A stretch of 55,316 nucleotides of DNA from a virus (Duplodnaviria; Caudoviricetes), in the IMG/VR virus record IMGVR_UViG_3300025151_000045, positions 1-55,316 of that record. One strand, given 5' to 3'. This document shows positions 45,485-52,658 of the stretch, in pieces (position 1 is the stretch's first letter; the number at the start of each line of letters is the position of its first letter). The notes under the pieces are model-generated. The model had not been told where the DNA came from. It did not search any database and saw only the letters and a program-made list of their open reading frames with translations. The position numbers and the translations under genes were made by a program.

Positions 45485-47120
45485 AGGTTCTAGCTAAAGT
45501 TATTATTGCGTTAGTAGACATAATGGTGGTGGCTACAGATACTGCATTAAGCAACGCACTCTTAGTTACCTTGGCTGGATCTATTATCCCTTCTTTTATT
45601 AAATTCACCACCTGTTTATTCTTGGCATTAACTCCACGCACATTCCAATGACCCCCTTCTAGAAACTCACCAAAATGGGCAATGTCCTCTCCATCGCAAC
45701 CAGCATTTCTCATGATTGCCTCAAATGGTTTCTTTAAAGCTCTGCTTAATATTAGCCCAGCTGCTAAGTTAGCAGTGGTTCCAGATAGTTTCTTACCCCA
45801 AGACACACTCTTTTTACTAAATAGCATTTCAAAGCTATATAGGCAAACTCCCCCTCCAGGGAGTATTCCATCTTCCAGTGCAGCCTTTACTGCACAAACT
45901 GCGTCTTCTATTCTATCAAACCTTTCTTTCTGCTCAGTGTCAGTAAGCCCACCAGCGTAGATAACGCCAATTGCTCCTACCAGCGAAGCTATCCTATTAT
46001 TAATATGATCTCTATCAACCTTCTTAGTTGCTAGTTTGTACTGCTCCTTAAGTTGTGCAACCCTTTCATCAACACCCTCATTCTCCACTTCACCCTTTAC
46101 AATTACTGTAGTGTCCCTACTTACTGTTACCTTAGCAGCATGACCTAAGTCATTCTCAGTGATCAAGCTTAGATCATCACCAGTCTTTTCAGAAAAATAC
46201 TTCGCCCCCAAAGATAACGCTATGTCTTCCATCATCTCATGCGACTTATAACCAAAGCTTGGTGGTGGAATAATACACACCCTTACGCCATTCTTCATTA
46301 CGTTTGCTGCCAGCGTGTTGATCATGTTGGTTGAGCAGTTAGCAATAATCAATAGCTTATCTTTATTTTTTACCACTGGCTTTAATACATTCTCTATTTG
46401 AAATATATTATCAATGTCAGAATCACAAACCAATACCTTACAGTTCTCATATATACACTCATCCCTCTCATGGTTGTTTACAAACAGATGAGAGCTATAC
46501 CCTCTATCCAATTTAAACCCATCAGTAACGTCAGCGTAAGTAAGCTCAGTCTCTGACTTCTCTACAGTAACCATTCCATCAGGACCCACCTTCTGGTAAG
46601 CGTCAGCTATAATCTTTCCTATCTCCTTATCGTTGTTAGCAGAGATGGTAGCTACATCAATTAATTTTTTTTGATCCAACTTAATTGACTTCTTATTTAA
46701 TATTCCTACAAAGTCATTAGTCAACTTAACAATCTCATTTAAAAGCTCAGTCTTATTTAACGCAACTACACTATCCTCTAAAGCGTAGATGATCTCTTTA
46801 ACTAACGCTTCAGCAAGAACAATAGATGTAGTGGTTCCATCACCTGCGTCCAGTGCTGTCTTGGCAGCTGCCTGCTTCATTACCTTTACTGCTAAATTTT
46901 CTATTGGATCCAACATGTCGATTGACTTAGCTACAGTTACACCATCCTTAGTTACTGTTATTCCATGCGAATGGGACTGCGACTCAATTAACACAGTCTG
47001 TCCCTGGGGACCTAGTGTTGACTTGACAGCCTTAGAAAGTTTTGTGATTCCTGAAATTAATTTATCTCTAGCCTCCTTATCAAAGGTTAGATTTTTGGGA
47101 GAATATCCTAGTTCGTTCAT
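45471..47120 (-). CDS. groEL: phage-encoded chaperonin GroEL
   Basis: TLGPQG, VTKDGVTVAK, AGDGTTT, GILPGGG, GIIDPAKV motifs. Confidence 0.95.
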   Translation of the reverse strand: MNELGYSPKNLTFDKEARDKLISGITKLSKAVKSTLGPQGQTVLIESQSHSHGITVTKDGVTVAKSIDMLDPIENLAVKVMKQAAAKTALDAGDGTTTSIVLAEALVKEIIYALEDSVVALNKTELLNEIVKLTNDFVGILNKKSIKLDQKKLIDVATISANNDKEIGKIIADAYQKVGPDGMVTVEKSETELTYADVTDGFKLDRGYSSHLFVNNHERDECIYENCKVLVCDSDIDNIFQIENVLKPVVKNKDKLLIIANCSTNMINTLAANVMKNGVRVCIIPPPSFGYKSHEMMEDIALSLGAKYFSEKTGDDLSLITENDLGHAAKVTVSRDTTVIVKGEVENEGVDERVAQLKEQYKLATKKVDRDHINNRIASLVGAIGVIYAGGLTDTEQKERFDRIEDAVCAVKAALEDGILPGGGVCLYSFEMLFSKKSVSWGKKLSGTTANLAAGLILSRALKKPFEAIMRNAGCDGEDIAHFGEFLEGGHWNVRGVNAKNKQVVNLIKEGIIDPAKVTKSALLNAVSVATTIMSTNAIITLARTYESQ

Positions 47121-47144
47121 ACTTGATTAAATTTAAATTATAAA

Positions 47145-47152
47145 CAAATATA
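47145..47152 (-). promoter_or_regulatory. -7 promoter element TATATTTG upstream of groEL
   Basis: Consensus 25 nt upstream of the ATG. Confidence 0.55.
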
Positions 47153-47179
47153 AATAAAAAACTATACTATACAAGTATC

Positions 47180-47320
47180 TTATTTTATTTTCACCAGCTC
47201 CAAGAGTGGCATCATAAATACTTTAACAAACCCCTTAGGCTTGTAAGATACTAAAGCATAACTTGTACTAAGGCTCTTTATATAAACCCTTTTACCATTA
47301 TGTGTTAACCTGCGTTTCAT
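47180..47320 (-). CDS. 46-aa hypothetical protein (not in ORF track)
   Basis: MKRRLTHNGKRVYIKSLSTSYALVSYKPKGFVKVFMMPLLELVKIK. Confidence 0.45.
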   Translation of the reverse strand: MKRRLTHNGKRVYIKSLSTSYALVSYKPKGFVKVFMMPLLELVKIK

Positions 47321-47502
47321 TGTGACGACTTTTTAGGTATATACTATTATATATAATACTATGTAAAGGTAAATGTTTTTTTTATTTATTATTACTTTTT
47401 TTTCATCACAATTGTCACAAAAGAAATAAATAACTGATAATCAACTAGTTACACTGTGACGAGACTGTGACGACCTGTGACGATAATACTGATCTGTGAC
47501 GA
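47320..47502. repeat. iteron-like (C/T)TGTGACGA repeats, AT-rich tract and IHF consensus: putative origin
   Basis: Copies at 47320, 47454, 47465, 47475, 47494; inverted degenerate copies 47404-47420; AATCAACTAGTTA at 47439-47451 matches WATCAANNNNTTR. Confidence 0.6.
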
Positions 47503-47518
47503 TCTTATATATAGGCAT

Positions 47519-47550
47519 AAAAAAAGGGTGGTAATTAAACCACCCTCTTT
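47519..47550 (-). terminator. intrinsic terminator, possibly bidirectional
   Basis: AGGGTGGT/ACCACCCT stem flanked by an A-run and CTTT. Confidence 0.75.
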
Positions 47551-47595
47551 CGAACAAACACACCTAATTGAAGGACATTGGTGAGAAGAAAACTC

Positions 47596-47772
47596 TTATA
47601 ACTTCTTGAATAAATTGATATTCGCATTTGCTAATTCATTAGCCTCTGCAATCATTCGAACCTTTTCAGCTCTTTTTAATTCTTTACGCATTCGAGCCAT
47701 TTTTGAAATACCCATTTCTGGCTCAGGTCTATCGTTGATCAACCTTCCTCGTTTTATATTTAATCCATCCAT
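47596..47772 (-). CDS. 58-aa hypothetical protein, leaderless (not in ORF track)
   Basis: MDGLNIKRGRLINDRPEPEMGISKMARMRKELKRAEKVRMIAEANELANANINLFKKL; TATCTTTG at 47777-47784, 4 nt upstream; terminator downstream. Confidence 0.7.
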   Translation of the reverse strand: MDGLNIKRGRLINDRPEPEMGISKMARMRKELKRAEKVRMIAEANELANANINLFKKL

Positions 47773-48329
47773 GAAACAAAGATAAGAAATTTTTTTTAGA
47801 TATCTGGAGATTTTGGGTTCTATAGCGATCTACGTCAAGCACCCCTCAGTGTGAAATGAAAATAAAAAAGGCGACCCTTCAGTGTTGTATCTGAGGTGGT
47901 GGAACTTTTTAGCTTTTTATCTACCTCTGTTGCTCGTCCAGGTCACGCCCTTTTCGTTTATCCTAGGCTACCCCCTTGACCACGTCACTCGACCACCATC
48001 CCAATGGCTCATTACACCTAGGAGTCACCCCTTCCCCCCTACCCCCAAGACAGAAGGAGAGAGTCTGAACACCTTCAGAGAGGAAGACCCTTCCCTCAGC
48101 CCCTGCCCCAACCCCAATCTTCCTAAACAAAACCACCAGAGAGAATGCGAGTCTAACTACCTGACAGTCAGTGGACTGAGAGTTGCACCACCTAAATGTG
48201 TCTAAAAACAGAAAATTCGCTACCTCTGTTAACAGATAAGAGATTTTGTTTAAGGTTGTGTCATATGGAGTAGACAGGTAGAATCTAAAATCAAAATGGT
48301 TAAACAAAACGTAAATAATTCGTCAATAA

Positions 48330-48383
48330 CTTGTCAGTCTCAATCCCTTGCCATATCATTGCACCAACAACGAGTTCTTTGAC
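48330..48383 (+). promoter_or_regulatory. early promoter (-33 CTTG, -7 TATCATTG) followed by boxA-like GTTCTTTGAC
   Basis: 20-nt spacer between elements; boxA-like sequence at 48374-48383. Confidence 0.6.
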
Positions 48384-48394
48384 ATGCTGACCAC

Positions 48395-48801
48395 ACCGAG
48401 ACTATCAGTCGCACCTTCGGTACTCCCTCTAGAGTCCTTCTAGAGAGCACCTTTCGAGTCCTTCGAGAGAGCATATGGAGTGGCAAGGTTAAATGCTTCA
48501 GATATAGAATACTCCACCTGATATGGAGTAGGGAATAAGCCTCTGATAAGAGTCAGAGCAGTGAGTCAGTAAGGTATCTGTTGAGTATGAGGAGCAGTAA
48601 AATGTACACCTCGTCCAGTAAAACCTATGGTAAGATGTTAATCAGAGCATCTAGAGTAAGGCTGGAAATGAAAGACAGAGAATCATCAAGACAACGATGA
48701 GGTTAAATGCAGGGCAACCACTGAAACACAGAAGTCACACAATGGTGGACTTAAACTATACTCAGGGTAGGGAGTTCGATTCTCCCCCTTATCGCTAACC
48801 A
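48395..48801 (+). ncRNA. large structured non-coding RNA/leader with 3' tRNA-like domain
   Basis: No ORF of 60 aa or more; at least 10 helices by eye, a covarying twin hairpin, an 8-bp acceptor-like stem and a GGGAG-TTCGATT-CTCCC T-arm. Confidence 0.65.
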
Positions 48802-48814
48802 TAAAACAATAACA

Positions 48815-49015
48815 ATGAAAAAACACATCATCGAAATCATCAAGAGAAACGTAGAGTTATCTATGAACAGAGTAAAAATCATCGCTTCAAGGCTTCAGGA
48901 AGACATTCAAGAAATGGGTCTTGCTGGTGAAGACATTGAATCGTACATCGAGTGGGCAATGAGTAACGTTGCCTTCTTTGATATAGAGAACAGAGTAGTA
49001 TTAATTAATCAATAA
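48815..49015 (+). CDS. early hypothetical protein
   Basis: A-rich start context; first ORF after the RNA element. Confidence 0.7.
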   Translation: MKKHIIEIIKRNVELSMNRVKIIASRLQEDIQEMGLAGEDIESYIEWAMSNVAFFDIENRVVLINQ

Positions 49016-49032
49016 AATAGGAGGAACATAAG

Positions 49033-49242
49033 ATGGAACAATCACGCAAAATAAAAATGATCGAAACAATAACTAACCTATCTGACGAGAGACTAAAAGA
49101 GGTATATGAGAGAGTTCTTGATGAGCTACTTTCATTCCCTTATGAAGAGGACTTGAAGGTAAGTCAGAAGTTTATGGAGTTCGAGATAGTAAGAAGGTGG
49201 ACGAGGTCACTTGAGGTGAATATAGTAGGGAAGAGACAGTAA
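49033..49242 (+). CDS. early hypothetical protein
   Basis: AGGAGGA upstream; stop codon lies in hammerhead stem I. Confidence 0.7.
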   Translation: MEQSRKIKMIETITNLSDERLKEVYERVLDELLSFPYEEDLKVSQKFMEFEIVRRWTRSLEVNIVGKRQ

Positions 49243-49321
49243 TACTGATGAGTCCTAGAAGGACGAAACCTAGAGGTGAGGTGGCAATGGGGCTACCTCT
49301 TAAACTCGATGGTCTATTACT
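49238..49321 (+). ncRNA. type I hammerhead ribozyme
   Basis: Stem I AGTAATA/TATTACT, CTGATGA, stem II GTCC-TAGAA-GGAC, GAAA, stem III CC...GG, cleavage triplet GTC ending at 49314. Confidence 0.9.
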
Positions 49322-49341
49322 AATCAATTAAAATTAAAATT

Positions 49342-49464
49342 GTGAGACTATACACAAATGGAAACACTTGGAAATACTCATTAAGAATGGGTAGACTTTG
49401 GTTCTATTGGAAGCCAATTAAGAAAGGTAGAAAAAGATTTATTATTCAATTAACTAAAAATTAA
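49342..49464 (+). CDS. 40-aa basic/aromatic peptide with GTG start (not in ORF track)
   Basis: MRLYTNGNTWKYSLRMGRLWFYWKPIKKGRKRFIIQLTKN; same TAAAATT start context as the next gene. Confidence 0.45.
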   Translation: MRLYTNGNTWKYSLRMGRLWFYWKPIKKGRKRFIIQLTKN

Positions 49465-49468
49465 AATT

Positions 49469-49660
49469 ATGAATCAGGAAATAACACTTCAGTTGACAGA
49501 AGGTCAACCAATATTTTACTCACGTTCTGGAAATTTACCGAAGGTACAGAAGGAACTAATACTCATCGATGGACTATCTGAAATAGATGTCCTTCCATTA
49601 TCGAAGATGGGAAAGAGGTTTAAGAAGAACATTCAAGAATTGTCTAATCTAATATTTTAA
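49469..49660 (+). CDS. early hypothetical protein
   Basis: ORF with A-rich start context. Confidence 0.6.
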   Translation: MNQEITLQLTEGQPIFYSRSGNLPKVQKELILIDGLSEIDVLPLSKMGKRFKKNIQELSNLIF

Positions 49661-49663
49661 ATT

Positions 49664-49876
49664 ATGTCAGAGGAAATACAAGAGTTCCTAAAGGAATTAA
49701 ACACAGAGCTAAAGATTACAGTAAAGCAACTGAAAGATTTTTACATCAACAGTGGTCGTCTAGATGAATACGATGATAGACACCAATGGACAGATGAAGA
49801 TATTCTTGACTATGCCCTCAATGATGAAGGGTGGTTGATAGAGTATGATAAATTTATTAATCAACATAAAAAATAG
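49664..49876 (+). CDS. early acidic hypothetical protein
   Basis: ORF in tight run. Confidence 0.65.
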   Translation: MSEEIQEFLKELNTELKITVKQLKDFYINSGRLDEYDDRHQWTDEDILDYALNDEGWLIEYDKFINQHKK

Positions 49877-49880
49877 AGCA

Positions 49881-50852
49881 ATGGCACAGAAGAAAAAAAC
49901 AGATATCTATGAGAAGATTACTAACATAGTTATCAAGGGACTACAAGAGAAGGGCTTGAATTGGTTCAAGTCTTGGACTAACGAATATGGTCAAGAGATG
50001 TTACCAGTGAATCACATCTCAGGTAAAGCGTATAGAGGAATCAATGTCTTTATCTGCTACGCTTCAGCAATGGAGTATGGATATCCAACGAATGAGTGGA
50101 TAGGGTACAAACAAGCCAAGGATATGGGATACAAAGTCCCTAAGGGAGCTACTGAGATATTCTATTGGTATACGATGTACTTCGATGCAACCAAGAAGAA
50201 ATGGATATACTTTGGTGAGTACAAGAAGTTAACCAAAGGGATGAGTGCAGAAGACAAAGCCAATAGGTTTACTCAGAGAATGTTCCCTAAGTCTCAGTTC
50301 GTATGGAACATAGCTCAGTTAACTGAAACGTTAGATGGCAAGTCAGCTACTGTAGAACCTAAGTGGACTCCACAGAAACCAATGATCATTGAAGACAAGA
50401 ACGCAGAGATTAAAAAAGCGAAGGCTGTCTACAAGAATATGGAGCTCAAGCCTTCCTTGAGACATGGAGGTAGCAGAGCATACTACAGACCATCAGCACA
50501 CCACATACAGATGCCTAAGCTAGAGACGTTCAAGACATCAGAGGACTACTACAAGGTACTGTTTCACGAGATGGTACACTCTACAGGTAACGAGCAGATA
50601 CTCAACAGAAAGGGAGTGGCTAAGTTCAATGGCTTTGGCACTGAGACTTACTCAAGAGAGGAACTTGTAGCTGAGGTAGGGTCAATGATGCTGTGCTCTA
50701 AGATAAATCTGATACCATCAGATGAGTACACTAACAGTAAAGCCTACATCAATGGATGGGTGAAGTACTTGAAGAATCACAAGAAAGAAGTGATGACTGC
50801 TTGTGCTCAGTCACAGAAGGCTGTCGAATATATCTTAAATGAAACCAAATAA
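49881..50852 (+). CDS. ardC: ArdC-like antirestriction/ssDNA-binding protein with zincin domain
   Basis: PVNHISGKAYRGIN, IQMP..E.F....YY..LFHEMVHSTG, YSREELVAE; ATG 49881 preferred. Confidence 0.85.
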   Translation: MAQKKKTDIYEKITNIVIKGLQEKGLNWFKSWTNEYGQEMLPVNHISGKAYRGINVFICYASAMEYGYPTNEWIGYKQAKDMGYKVPKGATEIFYWYTMYFDATKKKWIYFGEYKKLTKGMSAEDKANRFTQRMFPKSQFVWNIAQLTETLDGKSATVEPKWTPQKPMIIEDKNAEIKKAKAVYKNMELKPSLRHGGSRAYYRPSAHHIQMPKLETFKTSEDYYKVLFHEMVHSTGNEQILNRKGVAKFNGFGTETYSREELVAEVGSMMLCSKINLIPSDEYTNSKAYINGWVKYLKNHKKEVMTACAQSQKAVEYILNETK

Positions 50853-50884
50853 TTTAATCAGCCCCTCAGTTGAGGGGCACAATA
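50850..50884 (+). repeat. intergenic hairpin motif, copy 1
   Basis: TAATTTAATCA-GCCCCTCA GT TGAGGGGC-ACAATA. Confidence 0.85.
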
Positions 50885-50893
50885 TTTATAACT

Positions 50894-51664
50894 ATGAGTG
50901 AATCTAAAAAATATGTAGTAATAGAAACTTGGAATGGAGAAGGATACTCTGATTCAGGTTGTAGTATAGTAACATCAAATGATATCGTTGCTCACTGCAA
51001 AGCCTTAGCTGAAGAAGAGGTTGCCCCTGTTGAAATGAAGAAAGTTCACAACCTTGACAATGACAAGGTAAAATTTCAATACTCAGTTGGTGAAAATGCA
51101 GGTGCAGTATGCTACGAGGAGCTAGAAGATGATATGTTAGCGATTGCAATTGAGCCCCTAACAAACAGCTACACTGTCCTTAGAGACAAGACAGATGTAG
51201 ACATAATGGCTAACTTTATCAAGAAACATTCTGAAGAGTACCAAGAGACTCAGCAGGTGTATGGTATATGTCACGAGAACTTTGATGGTGGGTTAATCTT
51301 ATGTGCTCTTATTGAAGATGAGCCTGAGGTTAAGCAAACCAAAAAGTACAAGGCAGAGTACTACCTACCAAGACACCTCAATGGGTTTGTACAATACAGA
51401 GGTTATCAGATGTTATGTGTGTTAGCCAATTCGTTATCCTCATTATCTGGCAGAGCAAGGTTTTACCTATCTGAAGAGGAGAGGGTAGATATGAAATGGT
51501 CTACCTATAGAGGTGAGGGTAGCTTTATGTCAGCTGTCGTTGAGGGGGACTTCTTGTCTGCTTATCACAAAGGGAGCACAGACCTACAAAAACTCTTGCT
51601 AGATGCTGTTAACAGTGGAGAGATTGAGCTACCTACTAACAGAGAGATACATAAGAACTATTAA
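50894..51664 (+). CDS. early hypothetical protein
   Basis: ATG 50894 chosen from motif spacing; YVVIETW N-terminus similar to 52659. Confidence 0.7.
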   Translation: MSESKKYVVIETWNGEGYSDSGCSIVTSNDIVAHCKALAEEEVAPVEMKKVHNLDNDKVKFQYSVGENAGAVCYEELEDDMLAIAIEPLTNSYTVLRDKTDVDIMANFIKKHSEEYQETQQVYGICHENFDGGLILCALIEDEPEVKQTKKYKAEYYLPRHLNGFVQYRGYQMLCVLANSLSSLSGRARFYLSEEERVDMKWSTYRGEGSFMSAVVEGDFLSAYHKGSTDLQKLLLDAVNSGEIELPTNREIHKNY

Positions 51665-51698
51665 TTTAATCAGTCCCCTTGTATGAGGGGACACAATA
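51662..51698 (+). repeat. intergenic hairpin motif, copy 2
   Basis: TAATTTAATCA-GTCCCCTT GTAT GAGGGGAC-ACAATA. Confidence 0.85.
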
Positions 51699-51707
51699 CA
51701 TAAAACA

Positions 51708-52100
51708 ATGGCAACAATAAACAATATCGTTAAGCAACTACAAGAGATGCAAGTAGATGGTGAAACTATGCAAGTCATAATAGAAAAGCTAGGTATGGAC
51801 GACCAAATGCTCAGACAGTTAGTGCTTACTAAACCAACTGAGATGACAGTTGAATTACTAGAAGAGAAAGAAACTCTTTATCCTTACCCAAGTTGGATAG
51901 GTGTAGAGTTACCACATCACAATGGAAACGTTAAGGTGTGTATTGGAATCAATCAAGAAGATGGGCATGAGGTATCCTTCTGCAACCAAGCAGACATAGA
52001 GCAATCCCCTAGTGACCCTTGGAATTTCGATGGAGACTTGGTGGTCAAGTATGGTAAAGACGAGAGGGTCTTCGATGACAACCACAAACTAAATAAATAA
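51708..52100 (+). CDS. early hypothetical protein
   Basis: ORF bounded by motif copies 2 and 3. Confidence 0.7.
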   Translation: MATINNIVKQLQEMQVDGETMQVIIEKLGMDDQMLRQLVLTKPTEMTVELLEEKETLYPYPSWIGVELPHHNGNVKVCIGINQEDGHEVSFCNQADIEQSPSDPWNFDGDLVVKYGKDERVFDDNHKLNK

Positions 52101-52134
52101 TTTAATCAGCCCCCTTTTACTAGGGGGCACAATA
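52098..52134 (+). repeat. intergenic hairpin motif, copy 3
   Basis: TAATTTAATCA-GCCCCCT TTTACT AGGGGGC-ACAATA. Confidence 0.85.
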
Positions 52135-52143
52135 CTTATAACA

Positions 52144-52653
52144 ATGAATATAATTAAGAAAAGCAACACCAAGCACATCATCTATGCAGGAGATGATAGA
52201 TTTATGGTATGGAGAATGAACGTTGCAAACCAAGAACTAATAAGCAGACGTAAATGTTGGAACATATATAAATCGAACTACTTAGGTGACTCAGGAAGCT
52301 ATGTGGCAACAGTTGATACCTACGATGAGGCTATCAATTGGATAAAAGAATACCTAGAAGAGCCTGAGATAAACGTAACCATAAACCCAACAGAGATTGG
52401 TAAAGATTACCACAGATTAGTGATGGCAGGGCTACAAGACACAGCTGTAGCACAGATGTTGAGAGATAAGTACCACCAATCATTAGTTAACCAAGCCATC
52501 AATCAGCTATTGAGTTTAGGTTTGAATGCAGTACAGCTACACTATATCTTAAAAGAGATGGGACAAGACGTTCAGGTAGCTGATGAAATGAACAACCCCA
52601 CAAGAGACAGTAAAACAAATATCATTAACAATTTAAATAACTATAATAACTAG
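52144..52653 (+). CDS. early hypothetical protein
   Basis: ORF after motif copy 3. Confidence 0.7.
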   Translation: MNIIKKSNTKHIIYAGDDRFMVWRMNVANQELISRRKCWNIYKSNYLGDSGSYVATVDTYDEAINWIKEYLEEPEINVTINPTEIGKDYHRLVMAGLQDTAVAQMLRDKYHQSLVNQAINQLLSLGLNAVQLHYILKEMGQDVQVADEMNNPTRDSKTNIINNLNNYNN

Positions 52654-52658
52654 AAAAT

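Noticed and set aside
4682-47130. Many + strand ORFs antisense to structural genes (e.g. 5030-5452, 17262-17612, 46789-47130)
   Set aside because: Shadow ORFs rich in Ser/Leu/Phe lying opposite well-supported genes
47882-48307. ORFs 47882-48205 (+) and 47963-48307 (-)
   Set aside because: Atypical composition, mutually overlapping, no start context; more likely a non-coding control or terminal region
48541-48560. CTGATAAG as a second hammerhead core
   Set aside because: It is part of a simple CTCTGA/TCAGAG hairpin; no stem II-GAAA arrangement follows
48695-48801. Canonical tRNA, tRNA-Sec or tmRNA
   Set aside because: No recognisable D arm, 7-nt anticodon loop or UCA anticodon; CCA is not adjacent to the discriminator; no tmRNA-type ends seen
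50850-52134. CRISPR array or simple terminators
   Set aside because: Repeats are separated by whole genes, no cas genes are present, and the hairpins lack U-tracts
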